Of a stretch of 49,363 nt of DNA, positions 1 to 12,293 are shown piece after piece (positions within the stretch are counted from its first letter, which is position 1; the number at the start of each line of letters is the position of its first letter). Made by a program: the position numbers and the translations under genes. This DNA comes from Octopus bimaculoides (Eukaryota): the NCBI RefSeq assembly GCF_001194135.2, contig NC_068984.1, positions 79,788,995-79,838,357 on the forward strand. Direction: 5' to 3'. The notes below the pieces were generated by a model. The model searched no databases. It had not been told where the DNA came from and saw nothing but the letters and a program-made list of their open reading frames with translations.

Positions 1-265
1 CATGCAAGACATGGATGCGGAGGTCTTCAAGACAAAACTTGACGCTTTCCTCTCCACGATACCAGACGAACCAATGGCTCGTAATGAGATGCAGTTTAGG
101 GCAGCTGTGTCAAATTCTCTTATACACCAGATGTGCCATCAAAACTCTTGATTGGACCATGTCAGGTGGGGGAGAAGAGCCATGCAAGGAACGTGAAAAT
201 CACGGTGGTGCACCAGCATGACCGCAGCCACTTGGTTGAAACACATAAATAAAAAAAATAATAAA
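1..265 (+). mobile_element. 3' end of a CR1-group LINE (ORF2 C-terminus, 3' UTR and A-rich tail)
   Basis: Frame 2..151 reads MQDMDAEVFKTKLDAFLSTIPDEPMARNEMQFRAAVSNSLIHQMCHQNS*, matching the FK..LD.FL..IPDEP...SNSL C-terminus typical of CR1-group LINEs. It is followed by a terminal motif ggtggtgcaccagcatgaccgcagcc..gttgaaac and an A-rich tail. Confidence 0.75.
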
Positions 266-268
266 TAA

Positions 269-303
<35 letters not shown>

Positions 304-1262
304 AATGGCATGTTGCTAAGTACTGCATGTCGTATATATATATATGTGTATAACATGTAGCTATGTACTGCCTGTCTCCTATATGTATAAGTTACTCACA
401 GTACATGTTTATATGCAATATTTCTATAAGCATTTACATGTCCACACACACATACACACTCACACACAGACTGAAAGATTTAAACATTTATCACATATTT
501 GTCATAGAATCAAACATGAAAATTAAAACAGCGAGCAGCATGCTACAACAATGATATCAGCAACAGCAACAACAATGGAAATGGCAAACTATAATTTAAA
601 GTATGTGACTAAACAATTGCATCGTTTTACTGTTAGATGCTAGCATTGTGTTGTCTAAGCAGTTATATTTTCCCTTAAATCTTCACAGACTGTCTCGTAC
701 TGTTCACATTTATTACATCAATACATAGATATTATACATAATGAATGTTGATACAGCATTGTTAATAAAATGACAGTATGCAGCTGCAGCTCAAAACAGT
801 ATGTCAACCAGTTTGCGATTGGTTTTTCAAAAGATTGATTGTCTCATAGTGAGATATCGAAGATGAATGTGGGAGATATGAAAAAGTTTCAAATGAATGA
901 GGCAAGTATACTCTATTGGATGTGTGTGATGTAAGCATGCATGAATGGCAGAGTTCAAATATGCCGAGGAAAACAATGAACACTAGTAGTATCTTTCATA
1001 GTGCACAAGAGCAAAGACTGCCATTGTATGGGGTAGAGAAAGATGTGTAAGCCAGGTTGTGGTTTGCAGTAGATATCACAGAAAGTTGTTGTTTTAGACA
1101 TAAGGGTTATTAATCATTGTGGTGCTCTTTGCATTGCTAATGAGGTTTTGCTTTTTATTTGGGTTTGTTACCCTGAGTAAAATTATTTGTAATTTCTAGT
1201 AGACACTGTATATTCTCAGTGCTTTTAGAGTCTAGTCATGACAGAGGCTGTCACATACTTAC

Positions 1263-1388
1263 TTGATGCTGTTAATGAACTTCTTTCTTCTACTTGCTGA
1301 GTTTGGAGAAGTGGTTAGTATTCATAACCTTCAAAGGCCCTCTCATAGCAGAGAGCTTGAAACCATTTAGACCGTTCCAGGTTAGCAC
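1263..1388 (-). other. Candidate 126-nt exon, apparently non-coding
   Basis: Minus-strand acceptor ttttttttttcctacag|GTG at 1389/1388 and donor CAA|gtaagtatg at 1263/1262. All three frames contain stops. Confidence 0.4.
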
Positions 1389-1559
1389 CTGTAGGAAAAA
1401 AAAAATGATCAAAGAAATGATTCCAGAGGGCCATTGTTCTGGAGAGCAAGGATTGGAATAGTGGTTATTGTGAGTGTTGAAGGGATCAGATGCAATAAGT
1501 GTGACAAAAGGTGTGGGATCCCTGACTGAAAGCCAGAACTGTGTTATATTGCTCTTATT

Positions 1560-1712
1560 CAGTTCTTATTCTCATTATTTACATTTGACAGATATTTGTC
1601 CTCATCTTGTTTGTTGTTAACACAACGTTTTGGCTGATATACCCTCCAGCTTTCATCAGGTTTCTTGGGGAAATTTCGAACCTGAGTTCTCATTCCTAAG
1701 GTATTTTTTGAT
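1560..1712 (-). mobile_element. 5'-truncated copy of a tRNA-headed repeat, containing a hammerhead-like motif
   Basis: Reverse complement matches 1821-1940 of the adjacent plus copy and additionally contains ctgatga..cagcc aaa acgt t gtgtt. Confidence 0.7.
1619..1664 (-). ncRNA. Degenerate minimal type I hammerhead ribozyme motif (Penelope-type)
   Basis: CUGAUGA at 1659-1653; stem II GCUGG/UCAGC; position 12 is A instead of G (1631); palindromic ACGU stem III (1628-1625); GUU triplet; stem I 4 of 5 pairs. Probably inactive in this copy. Confidence 0.5.
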
Positions 1713-1762
1713 ATGGCACAGTGGTTAAGAGTCCGAGTTCGCTTCCAAGCAGTGACCGGAAT

Positions 1763-1815
<53 letters not shown>

Positions 1816-1940
1816 TAACAACATCGAAAAATACCTTAGGAATGAAAACCCAGGTTTGAAATTTCCCCAAGATATATCCGTCAAATGTAAATAATGTAAA
1901 TAATGTACATAATTCCTCATTTCTTAAATATAGAACTGTA
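1711..1940 (+). mobile_element. tRNA-derived SINE-like element with internal (TAA)n and the hammerhead segment deleted
   Basis: A-box TGGCACAGTGG 1714-1724; B-box-like GTTCGCTTC 1737-1745 (short spacing suggests a deleted anticodon arm); (TAA)n ~1763-1818; body 1821-1871 then jumps to tatatccgtcaaatg. Confidence 0.7.
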
Positions 1941-2248
1941 ATTCAGCTCTGTTCTGACGAGGTATCGAACTGAGTTTGGTGACTTTGTAGTAATGAAACA
2001 AAAGTGCAACTGGTGCAGAAGAGTCAATTGGTCCGTAGTTTGTTTACACCTATGAGCATGTTGTCTCTTAATTTTCTTCTAATGTAATTTTATATCAAGT
2101 TTGGCAGATATACATTGTTATCGTTACTACTAATTAAGTAGGAAGCAGTTTCATATAGAGAGCTGTTTGCTGTCAATGTTATGGTGCTCTGTAACACCAT
2201 AATAGAACTACCACTTAAAAGTAGTACAAACCATGATTATATATTGAC

Positions 2249-2583
2249 AAGGGTAAAAACCCCCTTTGGTCATAAACGACCATGGAATTGCACCTAGAAA
2301 GTTACCCTCGAAGGCACAAGTCTTAGGAAGGTTGTTTATGGAAGACCAGCAGTCGTACATACATACCAGCCTCCTCTCTCTGATGTTATCCAAGAGAAAG
2401 GCAAAGGCCAATACAGCTTGGCACCAGTGACATTGCAACTCATTTCTACAGCTGAGTGAACTGGAGCAACGTGAAATAAAGTGTCTTGCTCAAAAACACA
2501 AGACACAGCCCAATCCAGGAATTGAACTCACTACCTCAAGATTATGAGGCTGAAGCTCTAGCCATTGAGCCATCTGCCTTCAC
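2249..2583 (-). mobile_element. tRNA-derived SINE with Deu/Nin-like central domain
   Basis: tRNA-like head at 2583-2510; core ggtgccaagctgtattggcctttgcctttc resembles the recalled Deu/Nin domain; a 3' fragment of the same family is at ~11860-11935 (+). Confidence 0.7.
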
Positions 2584-2966
2584 AAGACATAGGTTATTTT
2601 TCTGGAACAATGTTTGAGTGGGTGGGGGTCAGGAGAAGATTGCACTATATAAACCATCAAAATATAGTAATTTAAAAGGTCTTACTCCCAAGAACATAAA
2701 AGCTGCCAATGATGAAAAATCAAAAAATAAACAGACATATTGGTTTACATTTGTTTCTCGAAAAAAAAAATCTTTACTACTTAAAAAAACTAAAGAACAT
2801 AATAAAAAGCAAACTTTCTTTATTTACCAGATTATTATTAAAGTTTATCTCTAAAAAGAAAAACAAAAACAAAGAAGGCTAAAAATATTTTCGTTATGAA
2901 ATGATATTATTATCATTACACAAACAGTTTGATGGACAAAGTATGGCTTACTTCACTTACTTCAAC

Positions 2967-3003
<37 letters not shown>

Positions 3004-4744
3004 NNNNNNNNNNNNNNNNNNNNNNNNNNNNNNNNNNNNNNNNNNNNNNNNNNNNNNNNNNNNNNNNNNNNNNNNNNNNNNNNNNNNNNNNNNNNNNNNN
3101 NNNNNNNNNNNNNNNNNNNNNNNNNNNNNNNNNNNNNNNNNNNNNNNNNNNNNNNNNNNNNNNNNNNNNNNNNNNNNNNNNNNNNNNNNNNNNNNNNNNN
3201 NNNNNNNNNNNNNNNNNNNNNNNNNNNNNNNNNNNNNNNNNNNNNNNNNNNNNNNNNNNNNNNNNNNNNNNNNNNNNNNNNNNNNNNNNNNNNNNNNNNN
3301 NNNNNNNNNNNNNNNNNNNNNNNNNNNNNNNNNNNNNNNNNNNNNNNNNNNNNNNNNNNNNNNNNNNNNNNNNNNNNNNNNNNNNNNNNNATATATATAT
3401 ATATATATCCCAATGTTGTTGCATACATACACACACACTTCTGCAAACAAACATATGTATCTTTGTATATGGAATCTTTGATACTAAGTACATACCTTTT
3501 TCAAAATGTACTAAACATAACCTCAGTAGTTTAATTTCTCACCTATTTTTAAAAAGCAAGAGGTCATACAGTAGAAAGTATTTGTTTGCCATTACAGGAA
3601 ATAAATTTATAGTTTTGGATAGCATCCTTCATTGAAAATAGAGAATAAGTTTTAAATTTTTATTTCAAATGTTGCTCCAAAAGTTATGAAAATTCACCAG
3701 TGGGCATTATCTTTTGTTTTATATGTGTATGTGAGTGTGTGTAATACATCTATATAGCTATATGTATGCATGTGTGTGTGTGTATATACATGGATGATTA
3801 TGTGTATGCATGCAGAATTTTCACCCTTCACCATTTCTTAACTTATGCAGAATATGTACATATTTATTACACACCATTATGAAATTATAGTTCCCAAGAT
3901 TTAATAGGAAAGAATGGATGGGTATGTTTCTGTAAACAGTTAGCACCCTTATCGCGAGAATAAAAGGTGTGGGTTCATTTCCAACATGTGCTCGTTTTTT
4001 CCATCATGGGTTTATATACCCCAATATCAAGTTATTTTCCATGAACAATATATACTGTGAAACATTATATATATATGTAAGGAAAAAAAAAGATCAATAT
4101 ATATACAAAACATATATATAGAATAAAAGAAGGAAAATGCACACACCTTACTTAGTTTTAATATATTTTTTTATTATATTTTGTATTGTGTTTGTCAACA
4201 GGTTTCGCTTCTGCTAATCATGACATTACATTGAAATTATAGTAATTTCATATTTTCTTAAGAAGATTTTAGTCCATGTTGTGTATGGAAAATTTATGAA
4301 TGAATTATTCAAAAAGTAGAAAAATCTAATGGGAGGTAATTGGTGATCGTTATTATTGGGGCAGGGGAGGTAATTGTTCATTTTCTGAGAGGGAATAAAT
4401 AAATATACACAAAAACTCCAAAGCTAAACTAGTGAGATGAAATACGTACAGTGATGGGTATGTGGTCATGAATTAAAATATATACTGATATCAAAGTTGG
4501 AGAGGTTCACAATTAAAACCAATAAAATGATAGTTGATCATAAATTTTTTCTGTAGTATTCTGGAGAGGTTCGCACTTAAAACCAATAAAATTTATTCTG
4601 TAGTATAACATAGACATGAAATCTGTTTATGCACACACATGCTGTTGCATATCATACAAATAAAATAAGTATTAAGATGAAGGGACATAGACATTTAAAA
4701 TTTTATGAAATTTGTGCCATATGTTGATATATATATCTATATGT

Positions 4745-5110
4745 ATCATCATCATCATTTAACGTCCGCTTTCCATGCTAACATGGGTTGGACGATTTGA
4801 CTGAAATGGCTACACCAGGCTCCAATCTGATTTGGCAGAGTTTCTACAGCTGGATGCCCTTCCTAATGCCAACCACTCCGAGAGTGTAGTGGGTGCTTTT
4901 ACGTGCCACTGGCACGAAGGCCAGTCAGATGGTACTGGCAATGGCCATGCCCAGAATGGTGTATTTCACGTGCCACCTGCTCAGGGGCCAGTCCAGCGGC
5001 ACTGGCAATGATCTCGCTCGAATGACTTTTTATGTGCCAGAAAGGCGACGCTGGTAACGATCATGCTCGAACGGTGGTGCCATCACGATTTTGCTTTCGC
5101 TTGCCCCAAT
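4745..5110 (-). mobile_element. RTE LINE 3' UTR with (GAT)n tail
   Basis: Reverse complement is near-identical to the 3' UTR/tail attached to the RTE RT fragment at 23132-23390 and to the copies at 20519, 43237 and 47620. Confidence 0.9.
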
Positions 5111-5117
5111 CATCATC

Positions 5118-5354
5118 ACATTAGAAGCATCAGTTGTGGTGTGCAAGAGAGACGATTGCGCTGGTATGGACATGTGGTGAGAATGGATGAGGATAGCTGC
5201 GTGAAAAAGTGCCACACCCTAACAGTTGAGGGAACCCGTGGAAGAGGTAGGCCCAGGAAGACCTGGGCTGAGGTGGTGAGGCAAGACCTTCGTACATTGG
5301 GCCTCACCGAGGCGATGACTACTGACCGAGACCTTTGGAAATGTGCTGTGCGTG
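5118..5354 (+). mobile_element. RTE LINE ORF C-terminus, running into a gap
   Basis: IRSISCGVQERRLRWYGHVVRMDEDSCVKKCHTLTVEGTRGRGRPRKTWAEVVRQDLRTLGLTEAMTTDRDLWKCAVR carries the RRLRWxGHV and GRPRKTW motifs of RTE C-termini. Confidence 0.9.
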
Positions 5355-5915
5355 NNNNNNNNNNNNNNNNNNNNNNNNNNNNNNNNNNNNNNNNNNNNNN
5401 NNNNNNNNNNNNNNNNNNNNNNNNNNNNNNNNNNNNNNNNNNNNNNNNNNNNNNNNNNNNNNNNNNNNNNNNNNNNNNNNNNNNNNNNNNNNNNNNNNNN
5501 NNNNNNNNNNNNNNNNNNNNNNNNNNNNNNNNNNNNNNNNNNNNNNNNNNNNNNNNNNNNNNNNNNNNNNNNNNNNNNNNNNNNNNNNNNNNNNNNNNNN
5601 NNNNNNNNNNNNNNNNNNNNNNNNNNNNNNNNNNNNNNNNNNNNNNNNNNNNNNNNNNNNNNNNNNNNNNNNNNNNNNNNNNNNNNNNNNNNNNNNNNNN
5701 NNNNNNNNNNNNNNNNNNNNNNNNNNNNNNNNNNNNNNNNNNNNNNNNNNNNNNNNNNNNNNNNNNNNNNNNNNNNNNNNNNNNNNNNNNNNNNNNNNNN
5801 NNNNNNNNNNNNNNNNNNNNNNNNNNNNNNNNNNNNNNNNNNNNNNNNNNNNNNNNNNNNNNNNNNNNNNNNNNNNNNNNNNNNNNNNNNNNNNNNNNNN
5901 NNNNNNNNNNNNNNN

Positions 5916-5961
<46 letters not shown>

Positions 5962-6390
5962 TTATGTATACATATACATGTATATATATATACACACACA
6001 TTCACACATACACACATACATATGTCTACATAACAGCCCACTAAGTATTCTACCTGTATATGTATATAAACTGTGGGTATAGGGGTATGACTACCTACTA
6101 CGTATATTTCCTATTTAGTACTGGGGATATTTCATTTATGTAGACCTATTCCTGTATTTGTCTGAATGTTGGGTCCTTCAGGTGCTTGGATAAAATGTAG
6201 ATTTCAAGTTGACAAGTTCACAAAAGTGCAAAGTGGGGAAAGGAGAGGAGAAGAGGAATACAGTGAAGGGAGAGCAAGGGTTATATAGGGGAGTGGTAGG
6301 ATAAAAAGGATATAGTTGGCACAGAAGGACAAGGGAAATAGATGACAAAGCAGCATTGTGCTCCAGGAGCAGTGAGAAGAGATGGCAATT

Positions 6391-6991
6391 GGGGGCTAAT
6401 GCAGTTTCACACCTCTCCTTGAAAAATGCATTTTTTTGGATTCCTACATTTTAGATGTTGGAGATAACGAATATGCAAAAAAAATTTTTAAATCTAACCC
6501 CCCCCTCTCCCTCCATTAAAATTTTTGATTTTGTTTGCTCTAAAGAGATTGTAGCGCACTGACAAACATATGCAAATTGAAATTAAATATATGCAAAAAC
6601 ATTAAAGTGAAAAGAATTTGCGTTTTACTTGTGTTTGCCTAAAATAATATATTTGTCAACTAAATGTGGTGGTCCTATAGAAGACAGTGTTACTATTGTT
6701 TTTAGCCCCAGGAAGACATTCATATCTATCTGTCTCTTTATACACATATCTTATACGCTTATTGAATTTAAAATTTTGAAAACATGGTTTCTGGCATATT
6801 CAGAATTTCCCTCATGTAAAACATAGGAAAAAAATAAGAATTTTAAATGAGAGTGTGTGGGGGGTATTTAATAAAAATATGGGTTTTTTTTTGCATATTC
6901 GTAATGTCCATCCTCTAAAATGTAGCAATCCCAAACACTTTTTCCAAAAAGATGTATTTTTCAAGGAAAAGTGCGAAACTGCATTAGCTCC
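6391..6991. mobile_element. MITE-like non-autonomous DNA transposon with ~150-bp imperfect TIRs
   Basis: ggggctaatgcagtttcacacctctccttgaaaaatgca..tacattttag..acgaatatgcaaaa at 6391-6540 is the reverse complement of ~6835-6991. No ORF; TSD not resolved. Confidence 0.75.
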
Positions 6992-7285
6992 AACAATTCT
7001 ATGTGAATAGAATAGTTTGGTTCTTTGGGAGTGGGGTATGTGAATTAATGTTTCATGTAGGTGGAATACAGTGGTTCTCCAACTCAATTTCACTGAGGTG
7101 AGCATTTGTTCTCAAGAACCTCACATTGACAAACATCATGGTCCATTGTCGTCTCCTCCAAAAGGCCCAAAATTCCTCACTACTTGTCTTCCTAGGTTTC
7201 CTCTTTACCATATGTACCATCCGCTTTAATTAATCACTCTTCTTTATACAGCTATTGTCATTCATATGTATCACCCGAAGAAGGA

Positions 7286-7317
7286 AGGTGTTTCCATTAT
7301 CTTGTCCAACCCCTGTA
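7286..7317 (-). mobile_element. Solo Tc1/mariner-like terminal inverted repeat
   Basis: Reverse complement TA-caggggttggacaagataatggaaacacct resembles Tc1 TIRs with a TA target. No partner end found. Confidence 0.4.
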
Positions 7318-7450
7318 TATATGCACTCATATATTGGTGCATGGCTTAGTGGTTGGGGTGTTTCTCTTATGATTCATAGGGCGTGATTTCAATACCTTTC
7401 TTCATACATTTTTCATATATGTACAGAGACAAGCAAACACACACACACAC

Positions 7451-7484
<34 letters not shown>

Positions 7485-7576
7485 TAACATACCACATATA
7501 CATATGAAAATACATGTACATAAATGCATACTTTCACATGTGTATAAATATATGTGTAAATGTAGATCTATACATA

Positions 7577-8455
7577 TCTACTACATATGTGGGAAATTCT
7601 GTCTGTATGTGTGTTTGTGGAGTTGTTAGCTAACTCCTCCTACATCGTTTTATTGACTTTAATGAAACTTGACACGTGAGTAGAACACATGTCTGGAAAC
7701 CTCATGGCATATTCAGATTGTTGAAAAAAATCGATAATAGAGCCCTTGGAAGGGAGCCTCATATACATCTAATATATTTTATTTTAAAAACCAAGGTAAA
7801 CAACCTATTCGCCCCCGAAAGGGATCCTTATGTATAGCCAAGGGAAATAACCCATTCATTTTCCTAAATTATTTGGTAAAAATGTAATTGAGTATGCTTA
7901 TTTCTTAGTATTTGAACTGTTAGAGTTATTTTCGCAATTTATCTAGTACAACCCTTAAACAAGTAAATAGTATTTTCCTAAACAATAGATCCATTTATTT
8001 CGGTTTGTGACTTATTCACGAATATACCAACACTAGCACCCCTGAGGGTAATATTCTCTGGGAATGCATAAAAGCCCTTTTCAGAGTTATTTACTTTGAA
8101 CTGTTATTATCACATATCTGATTAGCCTGTTATTACCTAACATGCATCATGATTTTAGTATACATACCTAATTAGTATTTCCTCCTATGTTCTATATACT
8201 CTGGGAATGCATTAAAGCCCTTTTTAGGGCTACTTTATTTGAATTGTTACTATCTGGTAACATAACTGACTTCACAGTTTAGGTATTCATAACTTATTGG
8301 GGTTTCCTAAAAGCAAGATCCTGTGTAAGGCAGTTTGGTATTCTCTGTAGATGCACAAAAACCGTTTTAAGGGCTACATACTTTGTATTGTTTGTTATTG
8401 GATTAACTAAACAATTACGAGAATAGAGCCGGGAATTACTAGGTTCGTCAGCTTG
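7577..8455 (+). mobile_element. Non-autonomous Helitron-like element
   Basis: 5' A|TC start; subterminal hairpin gagcc..ggttc (8426-8446); 3' end CTTG|T, one change from CTAG|T; a second high-identity copy of the 5' ~630 bp is at 28205-28838. Confidence 0.6.
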
Positions 8456-8805
8456 TACATTCACATACATACTTATGTACCAGCACACAAATGAACAAAG
8501 AAAGCATAACATACTCTCTCACAATAACATATGTACTCAGCAGTCTGTATGTTCAGAGTGAAAACACTGAAAGCAATGAAGTATTAGTCTCCTCCTTGTG
8601 TCAATATATTATTTGACTAAATCAACTGTAACTAAGGTTGAAGCAATAACTCTTTTCTGTTTTATATTTAGCTGTTTTCATTTCTTTCTTTATCAATTAT
8701 TTCTTCACTTTATTTATTTTCTTGTATGAATTTTAATAGCTCCAAACCTATGATGGTTATATTTTTTCAATAGATAAACTGTAGAACTAATATTAATAAT
8801 GATAA

Positions 8806-8920
8806 TAAATAGCTGAAAAGAGCAAATAGCATGGTATCATAGGCTGCAGGTAGTAAGCCTGCATGCATACAAGATTTCAGGAGCTCCAGCAAAACCTGTG
8901 ATAAAGAGATAATAATTATC

Positions 8921-8963
<43 letters not shown>
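8806..8963 (+). mobile_element. Extremely 5'-truncated RLE-type (Dong/R4-like) retroelement: 3' UTR plus (TAA)n
   Basis: 8806-8910 matches the 3' UTR following the RLE ORF at 36950-37052. Preceded by TAA-like sequence and followed by (TAA)n. Confidence 0.75.
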
Positions 8964-8964
<1 letters not shown>

Positions 8965-9614
8965 CTTACCAATAAGTTTATTTTATACAAAAATATTATT
9001 TAATATATACACATACGCACATTCATATATATACCTATACACACTCCTATATGTACATTCATAAATACACACATGAAGATACATACATTAATAAGGGCAT
9101 TACTACAGAATGATGCCACACACTAGTAATGCCCTTATATAAATATAAACGAATAATTATATTCTTGGGAATAGAAATTTCCCTTATGAATTTTTTTACA
9201 CACTGGCTTCTTGATAAAATTCTTGTAAAAGATTTTTATCCTTTTTGAATTTATTTATCAAATATATACACGGAATATATTCAATGCTGAACTGTATTCC
9301 GATTTGCACACGTGTGCCTAAAACAACCCAGAAAGATTCCGGCTTCTTTAATGAAGATATATACAGATAAACTTCATTCCCTTTGCTCTGTCGGATACGT
9401 AGAGTGTTCGTTTTTGGTGAGGTGTGTGTTTTTTTGTTTGTTTTTTCTTCTTATGGTTTCTTAAACATTCTCTAGAACAACACTATGTACAAATCCAAAT
9501 ATATGGTACCCTAGGCATAACACCTACATGAACTTCTAACTTGTTGTCTCTTGAGGTCTCTGGGTGAGACTTGGATCCAACTTGTACAAATGCAAAGCAA
9601 AAGTCAAACATAAG

Positions 9615-9662
<48 letters not shown>

Positions 9663-9702
9663 GTAATAATAATAATAATAACAATAATAATGATAATGAT
9701 AA
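9615..9702. repeat. (TAA)n microsatellite, one of many (also 1763, 8910, 10355, 27700, 33781, 34403, 35081)
   Basis: Directly visible. Confidence 0.95.
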
Positions 9703-9737
9703 TGGTTTCAGATTTTGTTACAAGACAAGCAATTTTT

Positions 9738-10352
9738 TTATTATTATCATTATTTATTATTATTATTGTTCAGTAGTTTTATTTCTATAACGTGCTTTCA
9801 CTTTACTACCGAGCACAGCTCTGTGCGCCTTGGGTATGTGCTGTGGTTTGCTGTGGTGCTCTTATGGTTACTGTATTTAAAGTGTTTTGCGTAGGATGTG
9901 TGCAGTGCCCAGTAGTGCAATTTTCTGTATGTTATATATATTTGTAAGTCCTGGTGTTTTTGTTATGTATTTGTCTGAATATTTTTTTATTATACCTAAT
10001 AGGAATTGTTTCTGTTTTTAGATTCTACATCCGAGTTACCTCTATTTCCAGGTCTTTGTATTTTGAAAGTTTTTCCATTTCTTTTAGAGAAACGTTGTCA
10101 TCTGCTGGTATTGATACATCAATTAGAAAGCATTTTTTTTCTTCATGATCTTTGACAACTATATCTGGTCTATTTGCCTTAATTTCTCTATCTGTGTGTA
10201 TTGGCATATCCCAGAGTATGGTTGCTTTCTCGTTTTCTGTGACCTTTTCTGGCGTGTGTTTATACCATCTTTTTTCTGTTGTTATTCCATAGTGTTGGCA
10301 TAACTTCCAGTGTATATAGGTCCCAGTTCTGTCGTGTCTGTGAATATATTCC

Positions 10353-10354
<2 letters not shown>
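9738..10354 (-). mobile_element. 5'-truncated non-LTR retrotransposon with restriction-like endonuclease (Dong/R4-like) in (TAA)n
   Basis: YIHRHDRTGTYIHWKLCQHYG...WDMPIHTDREIKANRPDIVVKDHEEKKCFLIDVSIPADDNVSLKEMEKLSKYKDLEIEVTRM*...QKIALLGTAHILRK shows the PD..D..K RLE motif. TAA repeats on both sides. Confidence 0.9.
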
Positions 10355-10404
<50 letters not shown>

Positions 10405-10410
10405 GTTATT

Positions 10411-10443
<33 letters not shown>

Positions 10444-10589
10444 GATAGAATTATTCCTATTGCTATTACTATTTATACAACTTGTGATATTTAATTTTTC
10501 TTTAGTCTAAAAATGCTATAATAATACCCAATTTCGATGTAGTACCCTTAAAGCTAGGAACTTTTCAGCTCCCCCTTATATATATATAT

Positions 10590-10601
10590 GTGCGTGTGTG
10601 C

Positions 10602-10677
<76 letters not shown>
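10590..10677. repeat. (TG)n microsatellite, one of many CA/TG, TA and CT tracts
   Basis: Directly visible; similar tracts at ~7437, 11411, 12297, 40915, 43926, 45205 and 46043. Confidence 0.95.
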
Positions 10678-10680
<3 letters not shown>

Positions 10681-11409
10681 CCTATGCACATATATGTATG
10701 TCCACTTTTTTTCCAATAATGATCAAATTGACAAACACACATGAGTGACAAGCATAAATGCCTACCTGCCAATATACTTACACAATCATCTCAATTTTGC
10801 TATTATGTTTCATAAAACAGCAATGCATCATCATCATCATCATCATTATAATAGTAATAATAATAATAATTATTATTATTATTAATATTATTATTATTAT
10901 CACCACCACCACTTCCACCATCAGCCACCAAATTTGGCCAAACCTGCCATCAGACATTACAGTATATTTTTGAAATTTCAAAACATACATTTGGTCTTCA
11001 GCTATAAGCCTCTATCATAATTCCTTTGTTATGTAAACATTAGCTTTCTGAGTTGTATTTTTTCCTATTGTGTTTCCATATTTCTTCTGCTTTCTTGGAA
11101 GGTTTTATTGTCTTATTGTTTGACAGGAAATGTTACATCTTCTTGTGAACTACTGCAGTATATCGGATCTTTGGTAGTGCAATGCTAGTTTGTTCTTTAT
11201 CTACTTCTTTTACGCATCTCTGTCTATACCTACATATGTATACACACGCGCAGACACACATATATATGTGCCTGTATGTGTGTGTTTGAGTACACACACA
11301 CATTTCCTTAAACTTTTCGTGCAAACATTCTTCTGTCTTTTTTCATTGTTGCACATCCACCCACATAGTTACCACAAACATTCTCTTTACTCTTTGGTCC
11401 CCTCCCTTG

Positions 11410-11453
<44 letters not shown>

Positions 11454-12022
11454 GTCTCTCTCTTTGACTTTCTCTTTCATCTTGTACTGAGACAGACACA
11501 TTTTTCTCTTTTTTTTACTTCCTGTTTCTGCACCATATTTTTCTCTTCTGTCTGGTTCTGTCTACTTTTGTTCGTGTTTGTCTGTCATTTTGTCTCTTCG
11601 TCTATGGCTATGTCTGTCTCTCTGCTTCACATGCACATGCACTGTCTGATTCATTCTTTTCTCTATCAAATTTACCTTTTACTTACATCCTTCTACAGTT
11701 GACATATTCACTGTCTTCTACCACAAATATATTTTTGTTTATATTTTCCCTCATTCTCTTCTGCACAGATTTCTTCAGTGCATATATGAGGTGGCATCAA
11801 GATGTTCCTGGACTAGTTCTGTAGTGCACCATGGTCGCATTCACAGTGAGAGCTAGTAGTGCATGACTGACTGCTGGTTAGAGGAACTTTCTAGGTATAA
11901 TCCCATGGTCAATCATGGAGTTGGTCTTTACCTTATTATATATCTATATGTGTGTCTGTGTGTATGTGTGTGTGTGTATGTATATATATATATATATTAT
12001 TATTATTTATGTATATATATAT

Positions 12023-12293
12023 GTGAAGGCACATGGCTTAATGGTTAGGGTATTCAGCTCACGATTGTAAGGTCGTGAGTTCAATTCCTGGCGACGTGTT
12101 GTGTCCTTTCACATTGCTTCAGTCCACTCAGCTGGCAAAAATGAGTAGTACCTGTATTTCAAAGGGTTAGCCTTGTCACATTAAGGGTACATGTGTCTGT
12201 GGAGTGCTAAACCACTTGCACATTAATTTGACAAGCAACCTGTTCCACTGATCAGATCAACTGGAAACCTCATCGTTGTAACCAACAGAGTGC

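Noticed and set aside
4495-4605. Local duplication of ggagaggttc..taaaaccaataaaat
   Set aside because: Ordinary two-copy tandem duplication with no further structure.
9374-9423. Inr-like TCATTC followed by a GTGAG donor
   Set aside because: Motifs are too short to support a promoter or first exon without transcript data.
9564-10973. Poly-Ile/Leu/Val/His-Thr ORFs (also 1559, 27472, 33717, 43895)
   Set aside because: Translations of TAA, TTG and CA microsatellites.
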